From Candidatus Moanibacter sp. (GTDB taxonomy: Bacteria > Verrucomicrobiota > Verrucomicrobiia > Opitutales > UBA2987): a stretch of DNA of 64,000 bases. This document shows positions 50,914 to 63,762 of the stretch, one piece after another (position 1 is the first letter of the stretch; each line of letters begins with the position of its first letter). The translations under genes and the position numbers were made by a program. The notes beneath the pieces are model-generated. The model was not told where the DNA came from and did no database searches. It saw nothing but the letters and a program-made list of their open reading frames with translations. The stretch covers positions 24,728 to 88,727 of the forward strand of contig CBDCEW010000082.1 in the NCBI GenBank assembly GCA_965215885.1, in the 5' to 3' direction.

Positions 50914-53900
50914 TCAGCTCGCTTCCTCGGAGCCTGTCATTGCCTCGGCCAATTCGGGGCCGAACGTATTGATGCGAAGTCGGCGGTACTTGGGCAATCC
51001 AGTTCCCGCCGGAATCAGATGGCCCATAATCACATTCTCTTTAAAACCCTTCAGTCGATCCCTCTTGCCCAATGTGGCGGCATCGGTCAACACCCGGGTG
51101 GTCTCCTGAAATGAAGCGGCCGATATAAAGCTCTCCGTCTCGATGGAGGCTTTTGTAATGCCAAGCAAAATAGGCTCACCCTCGGCCGGTTTGCCACCCG
51201 CTTCAATGATACGTTCATTATCATCCATGAAATCCTGGCGATCGATCTGCTCCCCCCAGAAGAAGTCAGAGTCGCCCGGATCGGTTATTCGAACCTTTCG
51301 CAGCATCTGAGAGACGATCACTTCGATGTGTTTGTCGTTAATCGTCACACCCTGCAGGCGATAGACTTTTTGTATCTCCGCGAGAAGATACTCCTGAACG
51401 ACACTCGGCCCAAGGATATCAAGGATTTCATGCGGGTCAGCCGCTCCTTCCGTGAGGTGCTGCCCTTTCCGTACCAAGTCCCCGGGTTGCACGATAATGT
51501 GCTTACCGTGTGGAATGAGGTGTTCCTCCTCTAGGCCGTTCTCTTCATCGGTTACAATAAGCTTCTTCTTTGCCCGTATCGTTCCCCCCATCGAAACCTC
51601 ACCGTCGATCTTTGCCATCTCGGCCGCCTCCTTCGGGCGGCGAGCCTCGAAGAGTTCCCCCACCCTTGGAAGTCCACCCGTGATGTCCTGTGTCTTGGAA
51701 GCCTGCCTTGGCGTTTTCGCCAGCAATGCGCCGGGTGAGATGATGTCGCCCTGATTAACCACAAGCTGCGCACCGGTCGGAATCGAATATTTGGCAATCA
51801 GCTTTCCCCTTTTTACCGCGTTATCCAAGGCGCGATTGCTGGACGCTCTTTTTGGTGCTTCGTGAATCTCTACCTGCGGATTGAGGTCTTCCTTATGTTC
51901 GGTTACAACGGTAGCGATCTGTCCGGTCGCCGCATCCAGTTCTCGCTTCACCGTAACTCCAGGTATCATCTCTCGAAACGCGATGACCCCGGCCTTTTCC
52001 GAGAGAATCGGAACATGATGCGGATCCCACATGGCGAGTACATCACCCTTATTTATGGAGTCTCCGTCACTCACTGTCAGGACCGCCCCGGCTACGATGT
52101 TGTAATTTTCCAACTCCTTGTCCTCTTCATCCATTACCATTATGTAACCGGTCTTATTGAGGACAATACTCGCCCCCTCTTCCGTGGAAACGAGTCGTAA
52201 GCTCCGGTATTTTACCGTCCCGCTATTGCGCACGCGAATCTCCGGATTCTTAAAAATCTGACTGGCGATGCCTCCGATGTGAAAAGTGCGCATAGTGAGC
52301 TGAGTGCCTGGTTCTCCGATCGATTGAGCCGCGATTATACCTACTGCCGCTCCTACTTCGACCAGCTTGTTGGTGCCAGGGTTTATGCCATAGGCGCCGG
52401 CGGGAAGTTGGGAGCGACGTATATGAGTAAGAGGTGACATTATTTTGACCCGTTCGATACCACTCTCATCTATCTTTCTGGCAATCTCCTCGGTGATAAG
52501 CCCCCCGTTTCCAACGATCAACTCATCGGGATTAATGGGGTTGTAGATGTCATCGCTCGAACAGCGACCTACCAACCGGTCGTAAAGGTTCACGATCTCA
52601 TCGTCTCCCTCGTAAATGGCATATTTCCAAATACCATCCCTGTTGCCATCGTCCCCTTCGGTAATAATGACATCCATCGCGACATCGCAGAGCTTGCGGG
52701 TAAGATAACCCGCATCCGCTGTCTTCAACGCCGTATCGGCAAGACCTTTGCGCGCGCCGTGAGTGGAAATAAAGTATTCCAATACCGAGAGACCTTCCCG
52801 GAAGGATGAGAGGATGGGCCTTTCGATGATTTCGCCCGAAGGTTTGGCCATGAGACCGCGAGTTCCACACAACTGTTTTACCTGTGCCCGATTACCGCGG
52901 GCCCCGGAGTCCATCATCAGGTAGACCGGGTTAACTTCATCGCTACCTCGATTATCCTGCAATCCCTTGTAGACAGATTTTGCGATATCGTCCGTCGCGC
53001 TGGTCCAGACATCAATTATCTTGTTGTACCTCTCGCCCGAAGTAATAATGCCCTTACGGTATTGGCCCTCGATCTCCTTTATCTTGGATCTAGATTCCTT
53101 GATGATTTCCGGCTTGTCATCGGGAATAATCATATCCCCAATTCCGATGGAGAGCCCCGCTTTCGTCGCAGAGGTGAATCCCAATTCCTTAAGCGCATCC
53201 AATACCGACACGGTAGCTTGTTTGCCCACCAATTTGTAGGTCTCCAGGATAAGGTCCTCCAGATTCCCCTTCGCCACCGGAAAATTCAGAAAGCCGATTG
53301 CATCGGGCCAGATTGTGTTGAATTGAGCGCGGCCCACGGTCGTGCGAATCGTTTTCCGTTCCCGGTTACCGTAAACGGTCTCGCGGCCAAAGTCGGGATT
53401 CTGAATGCGTATCCAATCGTGAGTTTTGACGACTCCATCTCCCTGCGCCAGGAGGACTTCCCGTGGCTCCAGAAAGAGCGGCAGAGACCGCTCATCTGGC
53501 GGTTTTTTTCGAGGTTCAAGTGTCAGATAATAGGATCCCAATGGAATATCTTGCGAGGGGGTAAGAATGGGTTTTCCGCTCGAGGGCGAAAAGATGTTAT
53601 GATTGGCCATCATTAGCAGTTTGCACTCCAGCACCGCCTCAAGCGACAACGGCACATGCACCGCCATTTGATCGCCATCAAAATCGGCATTATAGGGTGT
53701 GCAGACCAGCGGGTGTATGCGCAATGCGTCTCCTTCGATCAATACCGGTTCAAACGCCTGTATGGAGAGCCGGTGCAGAGTCGGCGCCCGATTGAGCAGG
53801 ACTGGATGCCCCTTCGTCACTTCTTCCAGAATGTCCCATACTTCGGGCGACTTCTTCTCGATCATCTTACGAGCGCCCCTCACCGTATGGACAAACCCAA

Positions 53901-55068
53901 GCTCCTTGAGCCGGCGAATGATAAAAGGTTCGAATAGCACCAACGCCATTTTCTTAGGCAGACCGCACTGATTGAGCTTGAGTTCAGGACCGATCACGAT
54001 AACCGAACGACCACTGTAATCGACCCGCTTACCCAGGAGATTCTGTCGAAATCTCCCCTGCTTTCCCTTCAGCATATCGCTGAGCGATTTGAGCGGCCGA
54101 TTGCCCGCACCGGTTACTGCTCGACCGTGGCGCCCGTTGTCAAAGAGAGCATCAACCGCTTCTTGAAGCATTCTTTTTTCGTTGTGAATGATCACATCCG
54201 GCGTCTTCAGTTGCAGTAGATTCTTCAGGCGGTTGTTCCTGTTAATCACTCTCCGGTAGAGATCGTTTAAGTCGCTTGTTGCAAAACGTCCCCCTTCGAG
54301 GGGTACAAGAGGACGAAGATCTGGAGGAATCACCGGCAATACCTCCAAAACCATCCACTCCGGCCGCGTATTTGACTCAATAAAGCCACCGATCACCTTC
54401 AACCGCTTCGAAAGCTTCTTCTTGATCTGTTTCGAACGCGTGTTGTGCATCATCTCATGCAACTCTTCTACAGCGTGGGGAAGGTCCATCTCTAAGAGTA
54501 TATCACTGAGCGCGATCGCCCCCATCTTTGCCTCAAAGGCATCGTCGCCGTATTCCTCAATCGCCTGCTGGTATTCCTGTTCTGTTAGCAGCTGCTTCAA
54601 TTCCAGGGGAGTCTTTCCGGGAGCGGTCACCATATAGTTTTCATAATAAATCACTCTCTCAAGATTACGGGCCGTCATATCCAACAATAGTCCTAACCGG
54701 CTGGGCATGCTCTTCAGAAACCAGATATGCGAGACCGGCACCGCGAGTTCAATGTGCCCCATTCGCTCGCGCCGCACCCGCGAAACGGTGACTTCCACTC
54801 CGCAACGATCACATACCACACCTTTGTACTTGATCCGCTTGTACTTCCCGCAAGCGCACTCGTAATCGCGTACCGGTCCAAAGATCCTCTGGCAAAACAG
54901 CCCTCCCGGTTCCGGCTTAAAGGTGCGGTAGTTAATCGTCTCCGGATTTCTCACTTCTCCACGCGACCACGAACGTATCGTGTCCGGCGCGGCTACCGAT
55001 ATGGAAACCGTATCAAACGACTGGTCTTTTTCAATACCCAGAACTTCTCTTACTTCTTGCGTGCTCAT
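50914..55068 (-). CDS. rpoC: RNA polymerase beta' subunit
   Basis: [30 protein letters not shown]. Confidence 0.99.
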   Translation of the reverse strand: MSTQEVREVLGIEKDQSFDTVSISVAAPDTIRSWSRGEVRNPETINYRTFKPEPGGLFCQRIFGPVRDYECACGKYKRIKYKGVVCDRCGVEVTVSRVRRERMGHIELAVPVSHIWFLKSMPSRLGLLLDMTARNLERVIYYENYMVTAPGKTPLELKQLLTEQEYQQAIEEYGDDAFEAKMGAIALSDILLEMDLPHAVEELHEMMHNTRSKQIKKKLSKRLKVIGGFIESNTRPEWMVLEVLPVIPPDLRPLVPLEGGRFATSDLNDLYRRVINRNNRLKNLLQLKTPDVIIHNEKRMLQEAVDALFDNGRHGRAVTGAGNRPLKSLSDMLKGKQGRFRQNLLGKRVDYSGRSVIVIGPELKLNQCGLPKKMALVLFEPFIIRRLKELGFVHTVRGARKMIEKKSPEVWDILEEVTKGHPVLLNRAPTLHRLSIQAFEPVLIEGDALRIHPLVCTPYNADFDGDQMAVHVPLSLEAVLECKLLMMANHNIFSPSSGKPILTPSQDIPLGSYYLTLEPRKKPPDERSLPLFLEPREVLLAQGDGVVKTHDWIRIQNPDFGRETVYGNRERKTIRTTVGRAQFNTIWPDAIGFLNFPVAKGNLEDLILETYKLVGKQATVSVLDALKELGFTSATKAGLSIGIGDMIIPDDKPEIIKESRSKIKEIEGQYRKGIITSGERYNKIIDVWTSATDDIAKSVYKGLQDNRGSDEVNPVYLMMDSGARGNRAQVKQLCGTRGLMAKPSGEIIERPILSSFREGLSVLEYFISTHGARKGLADTALKTADAGYLTRKLCDVAMDVIITEGDDGNRDGIWKYAIYEGDDEIVNLYDRLVGRCSSDDIYNPINPDELIVGNGGLITEEIARKIDESGIERVKIMSPLTHIRRSQLPAGAYGINPGTNKLVEVGAAVGIIAAQSIGEPGTQLTMRTFHIGGIASQIFKNPEIRVRNSGTVKYRSLRLVSTEEGASIVLNKTGYIMVMDEEDKELENYNIVAGAVLTVSDGDSINKGDVLAMWDPHHVPILSEKAGVIAFREMIPGVTVKRELDAATGQIATVVTEHKEDLNPQVEIHEAPKRASSNRALDNAVKRGKLIAKYSIPTGAQLVVNQGDIISPGALLAKTPRQASKTQDITGGLPRVGELFEARRPKEAAEMAKIDGEVSMGGTIRAKKKLIVTDEENGLEEEHLIPHGKHIIVQPGDLVRKGQHLTEGAADPHEILDILGPSVVQEYLLAEIQKVYRLQGVTINDKHIEVIVSQMLRKVRITDPGDSDFFWGEQIDRQDFMDDNERIIEAGGKPAEGEPILLGITKASIETESFISAASFQETTRVLTDAATLGKRDRLKGFKENVIMGHLIPAGTGLPKYRRLRINTFGPELAEAMTGSEEAS

Positions 55069-55091
55069 ATTGTTATCCCATCTAGAAACTG

Positions 55092-58000
55092 TTAGGCCGA
55101 GAAACCACCCATGCCGTGCTCTCCAAGCCTCACGTCCAAACAGAGGCTCTGCATCTCCTTCATAAGAACATTGAAAGACTGAGGAGTTCCTGCCTGCAGG
55201 CTGTTATCACCCTTAACAAGCGATTCGTATATCTTTGTGCGGCCCTGCACATCATCGGATTTTACCGTGAGAAGCTCCTGCAAAGTATAGGCTGCCCCGT
55301 AGGCTTCCAATGCCCACACTTCCATTTCTCCAAATCGCTGGCCACCGTATTGCGCCTTGCCCCCCAACGGTTGTTGAGTAATCAGACTGTAGGGCCCCAC
55401 CGCCCGAGCGTGAATCTTGTCGGCCACGAGGTGGTTGAGTTTCATCATGTAAATATAACCCACTACCACTTCCTGATCGAAGGCTTCACCCGAGCGTCCA
55501 TCGAAGAGTTTGCTCTTTCCTGAAACCGGCAATCCAGCCTCCTTCAGGTAACCGCGAATCCGCTCTTCCGAAATTCCATCAAAAACCGGTGTCGCCACCT
55601 TTATGCCAAGAATCTTACAGGCCCAACCCAGATGTGTCTCCAAAACCTGACCGACATTCATCCTGCTCGGCACCCCCAGGGGGTTCAAGCAGATCTCAAT
55701 CGATGTGCCGTCGGGCAGGAAAGGCATGTCCTCTTCCGGTACCACCTTGGCGACTACGCCCTTGTTTCCGTGTCTGCCGGCCATCTTGTCTCCTACCTGG
55801 ATTTTACGTTTCGTCGCCACGTAGACCTTCACATTCTTGATAACACCCGACTCGATATCGTCACCCGCTTCGATGGAGTCGATCTTACGCTCACGCTCAC
55901 CCTCAAGCTCTTCAAACTTAGTCTTAAAGGTACTTATGATTTCCATGATCTTAATACGAACTGGCGAGGGATCGATTTTGATCGTCTTGTAGACCGCCGC
56001 CAATCGCCGAAGGAGCGTCTTCGTAATCTTGCGATTGGCCGGGATTATGATTTCATCGGACTCACTGTTCACCACATCCAGCGGGATCTTTTCACCCAGC
56101 AGAATGTTTGAGAGTGATTCCGTCAGACTCTCCCGCAGCTTATCGGTCTGCGTTCGATACACCTCGTTGATCTTCTTCACCTGTCGCCGCCGATCGGATG
56201 GGCTCAACTTCTCTCTATCCGCGTCAATCCTGCTCGACACTTTCACATCCATGATAATCCCATAGACACCGGAGGGAACGAGCAGCGATGTATCCTTAAC
56301 ATCGGCCGCCTTTTCACCAAAAATCGCACGCAGAAGTTTCTCCTCGGGCGCCAGCTCAGTTTCGCTCTTCGGTGTGATCTTTCCTACCAGGATGTCACCC
56401 GGCTTTACCTCCGCCCCTACTCGGACCACTCCGTCGTGGTTGAGGTTCTTGAGCGCTTCTTCGCCCACATTCGGTATGTCACGCGTGAGCTCTTCCGGTC
56501 CCAACTTCGTGTCGCGGGCCGTCACTTCGAATTCCTCGATGTGGATCGAGGTAAAGACATCATCCTTGATCATCTTTTCACTGATCAGGATAGCGTCTTC
56601 GAAATTATAACCATTCCAAGGCATAAACGCAACCAGCACGTTGCGCCCAAGAGCAAGTTCACCCTTGTCCGTACTGGCGCCATCGGCGATCACTTCGCCT
56701 TTCTTAACGGACTGCCCTCTCTTGATAATCGGTTTCTGAGTAAAACAAGTTCCGGCATTCGACCGCATAAATTTGCGAAGCGGATATACGTGGATCCCAC
56801 TTTTGGGATCCGACTTCAGTTTGCGCAGTAAGCGGGGGGTCAACTTCCCGTCTTTCGTTACCACTATGCGCTGCGAATCTACCGTCGCAACTTTTCCATT
56901 CCCTTCCGCCACCACTACGGTTTTAGAATCGACCGCCACGTGGCCTTCGATTCCAGTGCCAACCAAGGGCGCTTCTGTTTGCAGAAGAGGGACACCCTGC
57001 CGCTGCATATTCGAGCCCATTAGCGCCCGATTCGCATCATCATGTTCCAGAAAGGGAATCAGGCCCGCCGCCACCGAAATTAACTGCTTGGGAGATACGT
57101 CCATGTTGTCCACCTCTACCGGATCAACTTCAAGGAAGTTATCTCCCTTACGTACCGTTACCTTCCCATTAAGGTATCCTTTCTTATCAATTTCGGAGTT
57201 AGCCTGGGCAATCACCAGCCCCTCCTCCTGATCCGCCGTAAAATATACTACATCATCGGAAACCTTTCCTTTCTTAACCACTCTGTAGGGAGTTTCAATA
57301 AATCCAAACTCATTGATTCGCGAATAGATGCTCAGTGAATTTATGAGGCCGATATTTGGCCCCTCCGGAGTCTCGATCGGACAAATGCGTCCGTAGTGTG
57401 ATGGATGCACATCGCGCACCTCGAATCCGGCTCGCTCCCGGTTTAATCCTCCCGGACCGAGGGCGGAGAGTCGCCGCTTGTGCGTCAATTCAGCCAGCGG
57501 ATTGATCTGATCCATGAATTGGCTCAACTGACTTCGCGCAAAAAAGTCGCGGATCACGGTACTGAGGGCCTTCGGATTGATCAGTTTCTGCGGCGTAATG
57601 CTGTCAACACTTTGATCATAAAGTGTCATTCTCTCCTTAACCAGTCTCTCCGTGCGGGCAAGGCCGATGCGACATTGATTCATAAGCAACTCTCCAATCG
57701 TGCGCACGCGCCGGCTTCCCAGATGATCGATGTCATCGACGACCCCGTCACCTCTCTTCAAACGAACAAGATACTTTGCCGCCTGCACGACGTCTTCGAC
57801 GTTCAGGGTCCGGAATTCCAGTTCCGTCTCCAAGTCCAATTTCTGATTTATCTTATAGCGCCCCACCCGACCCAGGTCATACCGTTTGGGATCTTGAAAA
57901 AGCCTTTTCAAGAGCGCCTTCGCATTGGCCACCGTAGGCGGTTCACCCGGCCGCAGGCGTTTATATATGTCCTTCAATGCCTCCTCTTCATTCCTCGTCG

Positions 58001-58874
58001 GATCTTTTTTCAGACATCGGATTATCGCACCATCGTCGTTTGAGGTATCGATTACTCTTATCGTAGTGATTCCAGCCGAATCGATTGAACGCACGATCGT
58101 CTTCGTTAGCGGTTCGAATGAACGTGCCAGAACAATACCTCGCTCAGCATCGACAAGATCCTCCACTAAAACCATTCCGGTGACGTTCGTCATCTTCAGC
58201 ACCCGGCTGACCTTGTACTCCTCGATCTCATAAAAAAGGCTCAAGATTTCGAAATCAGACCCATACCCCATCGCCCGCAGCAAGGTCGTTACGAGGAACT
58301 TGCGGCGACGGCGGCGTCTGTCCAAATATATGTAGAGGAGATCATTCTGATCGAATTGCACCTCCAGCCATGTGCCGCGATCCGGTATGATACGAAACGA
58401 AAACAATATCTTGCCGCTGGTATGGGGAGTCTCTTCAAAACAAATACCAGGTGAACGGTGCAACTGACTCACTACCACCCGCTCGGCTCCATTTATGATT
58501 ACAGACCCACGTTCCGTAATCATCGGCATCTCCCCCATATATATCTCTTCATCCTTGATGGAGTCTTCTTCCTTCAGTCGCAGCTTTACATAGAGAGAAA
58601 TCGAGTAGGAAATGCCCTCGCGCAGGCACTGCAACTCGGTCATCTTCGGTCCCGCCAGATTGTAGGAGACATACTCCAGAGTAGAGCGTCCATCGTAACT
58701 CTCGATTGGAAATACTTCCCGAAAAACCGATTCCAATCCTAAGGCCACACGCTGGCTCGGGCTGACTCCCGGTTGCAGAAACTCTTTAAATGACTTGATC
58801 TGGTTCTCAATAAGGTTGGGAGGGGCGATTACCTCTTCTAACCTTCCGAAGTTTACTCGATTCGCTTTAATCAT
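55092..58874 (-). CDS. rpoB: RNA polymerase beta subunit
   Basis: [39 protein letters not shown]. Confidence 0.99.
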   Translation of the reverse strand: MIKANRVNFGRLEEVIAPPNLIENQIKSFKEFLQPGVSPSQRVALGLESVFREVFPIESYDGRSTLEYVSYNLAGPKMTELQCLREGISYSISLYVKLRLKEEDSIKDEEIYMGEMPMITERGSVIINGAERVVVSQLHRSPGICFEETPHTSGKILFSFRIIPDRGTWLEVQFDQNDLLYIYLDRRRRRRKFLVTTLLRAMGYGSDFEILSLFYEIEEYKVSRVLKMTNVTGMVLVEDLVDAERGIVLARSFEPLTKTIVRSIDSAGITTIRVIDTSNDDGAIIRCLKKDPTRNEEEALKDIYKRLRPGEPPTVANAKALLKRLFQDPKRYDLGRVGRYKINQKLDLETELEFRTLNVEDVVQAAKYLVRLKRGDGVVDDIDHLGSRRVRTIGELLMNQCRIGLARTERLVKERMTLYDQSVDSITPQKLINPKALSTVIRDFFARSQLSQFMDQINPLAELTHKRRLSALGPGGLNRERAGFEVRDVHPSHYGRICPIETPEGPNIGLINSLSIYSRINEFGFIETPYRVVKKGKVSDDVVYFTADQEEGLVIAQANSEIDKKGYLNGKVTVRKGDNFLEVDPVEVDNMDVSPKQLISVAAGLIPFLEHDDANRALMGSNMQRQGVPLLQTEAPLVGTGIEGHVAVDSKTVVVAEGNGKVATVDSQRIVVTKDGKLTPRLLRKLKSDPKSGIHVYPLRKFMRSNAGTCFTQKPIIKRGQSVKKGEVIADGASTDKGELALGRNVLVAFMPWNGYNFEDAILISEKMIKDDVFTSIHIEEFEVTARDTKLGPEELTRDIPNVGEEALKNLNHDGVVRVGAEVKPGDILVGKITPKSETELAPEEKLLRAIFGEKAADVKDTSLLVPSGVYGIIMDVKVSSRIDADREKLSPSDRRRQVKKINEVYRTQTDKLRESLTESLSNILLGEKIPLDVVNSESDEIIIPANRKITKTLLRRLAAVYKTIKIDPSPVRIKIMEIISTFKTKFEELEGERERKIDSIEAGDDIESGVIKNVKVYVATKRKIQVGDKMAGRHGNKGVVAKVVPEEDMPFLPDGTSIEICLNPLGVPSRMNVGQVLETHLGWACKILGIKVATPVFDGISEERIRGYLKEAGLPVSGKSKLFDGRSGEAFDQEVVVGYIYMMKLNHLVADKIHARAVGPYSLITQQPLGGKAQYGGQRFGEMEVWALEAYGAAYTLQELLTVKSDDVQGRTKIYESLVKGDNSLQAGTPQSFNVLMKEMQSLCLDVRLGEHGMGGFSA

Positions 58875-59021
58875 GTTTCGACTTCCTCTATATTACCTGA
58901 TCGGACTGTCTCTTTCAAACTTATGAGAGATAATTAGTACATACCGCGCACCCGGGTTCAGACTTTTTCCATACCCGAAAACTTGCTGATTTGAACGCTA
59001 ATCGCTTAGGTTCTATGACGG

Positions 59022-59411
59022 TCAATTGACCTCCACTTCGGCACCAATGGCCTCAAGCTTCTTTTTCAGTTCCTCCGCTTCCTCTTTGGCGACACCTTCC
59101 TTAATCGGCGTCGGCGCACTTTCCACGAGTTCTTTGGCTTCTTTAAGTCCTAAACCGCTGATGGCTCGTACTTCCTTAATGGCAGCAATCTTGTTGCTGC
59201 CATAGCCCTTGAGAACAACTTCGAATTCAGTCTGTTCCTCGACTTCGGGCTCCTCTGTAGCATCTCCGCTCAACCCGGTTGTGGCGACCGCTACAGGCGC
59301 AGCGGCGCTCACTCCCCATTCCTCCTCGAGGTCCTTGACCAATCCGGCAATATCGAGTACGGATTGTTTACTCAACCATTCGATGACTTTGTCTTTTGTG
59401 ATATCAGCCAT
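59022..59411 (-). CDS. rplL: 50S ribosomal protein L7/L12
   Basis: [25 protein letters not shown]. Confidence 0.98.
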   Translation of the reverse strand: MADITKDKVIEWLSKQSVLDIAGLVKDLEEEWGVSAAAPVAVATTGLSGDATEEPEVEEQTEFEVVLKGYGSNKIAAIKEVRAISGLGLKEAKELVESAPTPIKEGVAKEEAEELKKKLEAIGAEVEVN

Positions 59412-59416
59412 TTTAT

Positions 59417-59485
59417 CCTCCTTGAGCGATTAGCGCCAATCTCCTGGAGATGGACGTTTAAGGGCATTGTTCCCCTAACCTGCTT
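59417..59485 (-). promoter_or_regulatory. L10-leader-like RNA in the rplJ-rplL spacer, adjoining the rplL RBS
   Basis: GCAGGTTAG pairs with CTAATCGC, enclosing two hairpins joined by TTAAA; followed by TCAAGGAGG. Confidence 0.5.
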
Positions 59486-59576
59486 TTTTTCTTTTCTCTT
59501 TTATATTTCTCATCCTTCGTGGCGCGGCTATTGACGGCCCATCCGCCCCTTCCAGCGATCCACACAAATTCCTCAT

Positions 59577-60095
59577 TCATTCCTTACTCTCCCCTTCCGA
59601 CCTCGCCATAAGGACATTCAGCACTCCCTGCGGGACCGCTTGAATCACACGAACGAGCTGCTTTGCGGGTATATTGAGAAGACCCAACAGCTGAGCGCGA
59701 ATTACATCCATGGGTGGCAGTTTGGCCAGTTCGCTGATTTCGCCGGGATCCAACAGTCGATCTTCAAGAAGTCCTCCCTTTACCACGACTTTCTTTTTTT
59801 TCTTGAAAAACTGGCCCAGCGCTTTAGCCACACCTGCGGGGTCCTCTCCTCCCATGATTATGCTTGTGGGGCCTTCCAGCCACTTTCCTATGTCCGGCAT
59901 TCCCTTCTCCCGGGCTGCGGCCTTCATCACGCTATTCTTAATAACGTGAAACTCCGCTTCATGTTCCGACAGCGCGTCCCGAAGCTCTGCCGTCTCCACT
60001 ACCGAAAGACGCTCATAGTTGGCGAGGAAAACGTAGCCAGACTTGTCCAAATAGTCTCCTACCTCGTCTACCATGTACTTCTTCTCCGCCCTCAT
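59577..60095 (-). CDS. rplJ: 50S ribosomal protein L10
   Basis: MRAEK, LR, V.KN, L.GPT, LAKLP; lies between rplA and rplL. Confidence 0.96.
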   Translation of the reverse strand: MRAEKKYMVDEVGDYLDKSGYVFLANYERLSVVETAELRDALSEHEAEFHVIKNSVMKAAAREKGMPDIGKWLEGPTSIIMGGEDPAGVAKALGQFFKKKKKVVVKGGLLEDRLLDPGEISELAKLPPMDVIRAQLLGLLNIPAKQLVRVIQAVPQGVLNVLMARSEGESKE

Positions 60096-60129
60096 TGTTG
60101 TGTCGAGCAAATGCCGTATCCGGTCATTA

Positions 60130-60825
60130 TCAGTATTTCGCGTATACTCCGCTATCGAGTTTCACTCCCGGTGACATCGTCGCGGATATCGACATACTGA
60201 GTATGTAGCGCCCCTTAAGCGAATCCGGCCGTGCCTTACCGATGCTCTCCACCACGGTGGAGATATTCTCTACCAATTCCTCAGTCTTGAAGGACCGTTT
60301 TCCCACAACGACTCCAATATTCGCCGTTTTATCCATCTTGTATTCGACCCTGCCTCCCAGCTTAATCTCTTTTACCGAGGTGGCAACGTCGTCCGTTACC
60401 GTTCCACTCTTCGGATTGGGCATCAAACCTCTTGGTCCAAGTATTCGGGCGACTTTCCGCACCTCCTTCATCGCCGCTGGCGTCGCCACCGATACGTCAA
60501 AATCGACCCATCCTTCCTCTACTTTCTTTATCAGTTCTTCCAACCCGGCTATGTCGGCTCCTGCCTTTAATGCTTCATCCGCTTTATCAGTAAACACGGC
60601 AACCCTTACCTTCCTGCCGCTGCCGTTTGGTAGACTTACGATTCCGCGCACCATTTGTGTGCTCTGCTTGGGATCGACCCCAAAATGCACCGAGAGTTCA
60701 ATTGTCTCGTCGAATTTCGCCACCGGCATCTGAGATAGGATACTAACTGCTTCCTCCAAGGAATACAACTTCGTCAAATCCGCAATCTCATGCCCGGCTC
60801 TGAAACGTTTGCTCAGTTTTACCAT
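60130..60825 (-). CDS. rplA: 50S ribosomal protein L1
   Basis: KFDET, LGPRGLMPNPK.GTVT, TMSPG. Confidence 0.98.
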   Translation of the reverse strand: MVKLSKRFRAGHEIADLTKLYSLEEAVSILSQMPVAKFDETIELSVHFGVDPKQSTQMVRGIVSLPNGSGRKVRVAVFTDKADEALKAGADIAGLEELIKKVEEGWVDFDVSVATPAAMKEVRKVARILGPRGLMPNPKSGTVTDDVATSVKEIKLGGRVEYKMDKTANIGVVVGKRSFKTEELVENISTVVESIGKARPDSLKGRYILSMSISATMSPGVKLDSGVYAKY

Positions 60826-60863
60826 GACCTTCCCATTTTTCGCTCAGTCTATTCTCTCTTCTC

Positions 60864-61292
60864 CTATGCGTCTACAATCTCGATCCCCATGCTCCGCGCG
60901 GTTCCCGCGATTACGCGCACCGCCGCCTCTTCGTCTTTCGCATTTAGATCATCCTTCTTTGTCTCCGCGATTTCTACGCACTGCTTATAAGTGACTTTTC
61001 CCACCTTTTCGCGATTCGGAGTACCGGATCCTTTAGCAATCCCCGCCGCCTTCTTTAAAAGCACAGCTGCTGGAGGCGACTTTAGCACGAAACTGAATGA
61101 ACGGTCCTGGTAAACGGTAATCACGACCGGAAGGATTAAACCCGCCTCGTCCTTCGTCCTGGCATTGTATTCCTTGCAAAAACCCATGATGTTTACACCA
61201 TGTGCACCCAAAGCCGGACCCACCGGAGGGGCCGGATTGGCCGCTCCAGCCGGCAGCTGGAGTCGAATTTCTCCTATCACTCTCTTTGCCAT
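60864..61292 (-). CDS. rplK: 50S ribosomal protein L11
   Basis: [19 protein letters not shown]. Confidence 0.98.
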   Translation of the reverse strand: MAKRVIGEIRLQLPAGAANPAPPVGPALGAHGVNIMGFCKEYNARTKDEAGLILPVVITVYQDRSFSFVLKSPPAAVLLKKAAGIAKGSGTPNREKVGKVTYKQCVEIAETKKDDLNAKDEEAAVRVIAGTARSMGIEIVDA

Positions 61293-61304
61293 CGCAGTAA
61301 CCTG

Positions 61305-61883
61305 TTAGCTGGTTTCCAACCGTTCTACTTGCCAGTATTCAAGCTCCACAGGTGTGAATCGTCCAAATATCGACACCGATACTTTTAGTTTCCCTCGCTC
61401 CGGATCGATCTCATCAATCTGGCCGGAGAGATTGAAAAATGGCCCATCGTTGATTTTCACTTCTTCACCGATTTCATATTGTACCTTGGGCACTTCCTTG
61501 CCTTCCGCCTCCTGAACCTGAGAGAGGATATTCGATATCTCCGTCTCCTTTAGAGCAGTCGGTCGGTTTCCACCCAGGAAACCTATCACTCCATCCGCAT
61601 CTTTCACAAAATACCACGGCTTCTGCAATACATCCCCCTCTTCGTCGTAGAGCCGCATATTGATAAAGACATAACCCGGATAGAACTTGCGTACTTTCTG
61701 GAGTTTCCTTCCGTTCTTCACTTCCGTCACGGTCTCCGTCGGCATCAGGACTTCCTTGATAAACTCATCCATTTCCTCGCTAACCATATATTTGTCCAGG
61801 TACCGCTTTACGGCCGGCTCTTTATTGGAGAGAGTCTGCACCGCATACCATTCAGAGTCTTTTTGGATGGGCCTTTCGGTCAT
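61305..61883 (-). CDS. nusG: Transcription termination/antitermination factor NusG
   Basis: WY, YPGYV, KOW GE.V....GPF, IFGR.TPVEL. Confidence 0.97.
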   Translation of the reverse strand: MTERPIQKDSEWYAVQTLSNKEPAVKRYLDKYMVSEEMDEFIKEVLMPTETVTEVKNGRKLQKVRKFYPGYVFINMRLYDEEGDVLQKPWYFVKDADGVIGFLGGNRPTALKETEISNILSQVQEAEGKEVPKVQYEIGEEVKINDGPFFNLSGQIDEIDPERGKLKVSVSIFGRFTPVELEYWQVERLETS

Positions 61884-61914
61884 TTGTCAAAATCCACTCT
61901 TTAGATCGTGCTGT

Positions 61915-62139
61915 TTAACCGACGGAGCCGAATTCCGGCCTGATGAGTTTGGTCAGCAAGGTTACGACATTGTATACCGACCAGTCCGATAAAGTAATGT
62001 AAGCCCCCAGAATTATTATCGCAATCATGACGACCACCGTTGAATCGCGAAGTTCCAGCCGATTGGGCCATGAAGCCTTCTTTAGCTCCTGGATCATCTC
62101 GCCAAGAAATATTCGAGTTTTTCGGAACGGATTTGTCAT
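61915..62139 (-). CDS. secE: Preprotein translocase SecE
   Basis: ELKK.SWP...EL plus one TM helix; ATG 62139 lies downstream of tRNA-Trp. Confidence 0.93.
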   Translation of the reverse strand: MTNPFRKTRIFLGEMIQELKKASWPNRLELRDSTVVVMIAIIILGAYITLSDWSVYNVVTLLTKLIRPEFGSVG

Positions 62140-62148
62140 CGTTGCTTT

Positions 62149-62224
62149 TGGCAGGGCAGGAGGGACTCGAACCCCCAACCTGCGGTTTTGGAGACCGCCG
62201 CTCTGCCAGTTGAGCTACTACCCT
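62149..62224 (-). tRNA. tRNA-Trp(CCA)
   Basis: 76-nt cloverleaf, anticodon arm GCGGT-CTCCAAA-ACCGC, GTTCGAG T-loop, encoded CCA end. Confidence 0.97.
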
Positions 62225-62318
62225 GGGTTCGATTCCTGCAAATCTTTCTTACGTTAAGCAGTATGTCGGCTGCCCCTACTGCACGGGCTTCCTTTGCAAA
62301 TACGAGTATCCTCGGTCC

Positions 62319-63509
62319 TTACTCGGTTATCTCAGTTACGCGGCCTGCTCCAATAGTGCGGCCGCCTTCGCGAATCGCAAATCGTTGTCCTCTTTCCATG
62401 GCAATCGCTTTGCCGAGTTCAATGGCCACATTCAGATTGTCACCCGGCATCACCATCTCCACCCCATCCGGCAATTGGCATACCCCGGTCACATCAGTGG
62501 TACGAAAGTAAAACTGTGGGCGGTAACCGTTGAAAAAGGGCGTGTGGCGCCCCCCTTCATCCTTATTTAACACATAGACTTCCGCCCTCGCCTTAGTGTG
62601 CGGGTTAATCGTTCCAGGAGCTGCCAGGACATGCCCGCGTTGCACTTCGTGCTTTTCAATACCCCGCATGAGAACTCCAACATTATCTCCCGCCAGCCCT
62701 TCATCCAATGTCTTGCGAAACATCTCCACACCGGTGCACACCGTGGTTCTCGTCTCAGTCAGACCCACGATCTCAACATTTTCCCCCTTAACTACCTTCC
62801 CGCGCTCAATCCTACCAGTTGCTACCGTGCCGCGCCCGGTAATAGAGAATACGTCCTCAACCGACATCAGAAAAGGTTGATCAACGTCGCGCACAGGTTC
62901 CGGTATATCGTTGTCGACAGCTTCCAGAAGTTGCCCGATGGACTGAACATCCTCCTCGATTCCTTCCAGAGCACGCATCGACGAACCCCGCACGATCGTG
63001 ATATTGTCACCATCGAATTCGTACTTCGAGAGTAGGTCGCGCACCTCCATCTCTACCAGTTCCAAGAGCTCTTCATCGTCGAGAAGATCCACCTTATTTA
63101 GATACACGACTATGTTAGGCACCCCCACCTGACGGGCCAGGAGTATGTGCTCGCTCGTCTGCGGCATAGGCCCATCTGCGGCGCTAACCACCAAAACAGC
63201 ACCGTCCATCTGCGCTGCTCCCGTAATCATGTTCTTTACGAAGTCCGCGTGGCCCGGACAGTCTACATGCGCATAGTGGCGCTTCTCCGTCTCATACTCT
63301 ACGTGAGCAACCGAGATCGTCAGTATTTTCGATTCATCACGTACCGTGCCTCCCTTCGCGATTTCGGCATAGGTCATGAACTCAGCAAACTCCTTCTTAC
63401 TTTGTACCTTGAGAATCGCCGATGTAAGGGTGGTTTTACCGTGGTCGACGTGACCAATCGTACCCACATTTACGTGTGGTTTATTTCTCTGAAATACTTC
63501 TTTAGCCAT
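62319..63509 (-). CDS. tuf: Elongation factor Tu (divergent switch I)
   Basis: [31 protein letters not shown]. Confidence 0.98.
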   Translation of the reverse strand: MAKEVFQRNKPHVNVGTIGHVDHGKTTLTSAILKVQSKKEFAEFMTYAEIAKGGTVRDESKILTISVAHVEYETEKRHYAHVDCPGHADFVKNMITGAAQMDGAVLVVSAADGPMPQTSEHILLARQVGVPNIVVYLNKVDLLDDEELLELVEMEVRDLLSKYEFDGDNITIVRGSSMRALEGIEEDVQSIGQLLEAVDNDIPEPVRDVDQPFLMSVEDVFSITGRGTVATGRIERGKVVKGENVEIVGLTETRTTVCTGVEMFRKTLDEGLAGDNVGVLMRGIEKHEVQRGHVLAAPGTINPHTKARAEVYVLNKDEGGRHTPFFNGYRPQFYFRTTDVTGVCQLPDGVEMVMPGDNLNVAIELGKAIAMERGQRFAIREGGRTIGAGRVTEITE

Positions 63510-63600
63510 CGCAATCTCTTATACTTTTACGGGTTGATACACAATACGGATTATCTTTCTAAAGTCAAAAATACTAATGTCCTTTACTAACGTAAACGCG

Positions 63601-63676
<76 letters not shown>

Positions 63677-63733
63677 GAAAATTGGGTGTTATTTCGCTGC
63701 CTGGGTCACCGGAGAAGACAAATAAAACCCCGC

Positions 63734-63762
63734 AATCTGATGATTTGGGATTTACCCGTCAA
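63734..63762 (-). promoter_or_regulatory. Candidate sigma70 promoter of tRNA-Thr/tuf
   Basis: TTGACG-17 nt-CAGATT with AT-rich sequence upstream. Confidence 0.5.

Noticed and set aside
57480..57560. Rifampicin-resistance alleles in rpoB (and streptomycin alleles in rpsL)
   Set aside because: Key RRDR residues (Q, D, H, S) and the S12 lysines look canonical.
62225..62245. GGTTCGATTCC T-arm-like motif on the + strand
   Set aside because: No accompanying cloverleaf; it abuts the minus-strand tRNA-Trp.
32471..63590. Many + strand ORFs of 60-230 aa opposite ribosomal, rpo and tuf genes
   Set aside because: Antisense shadows of conserved genes with no recognisable motifs.
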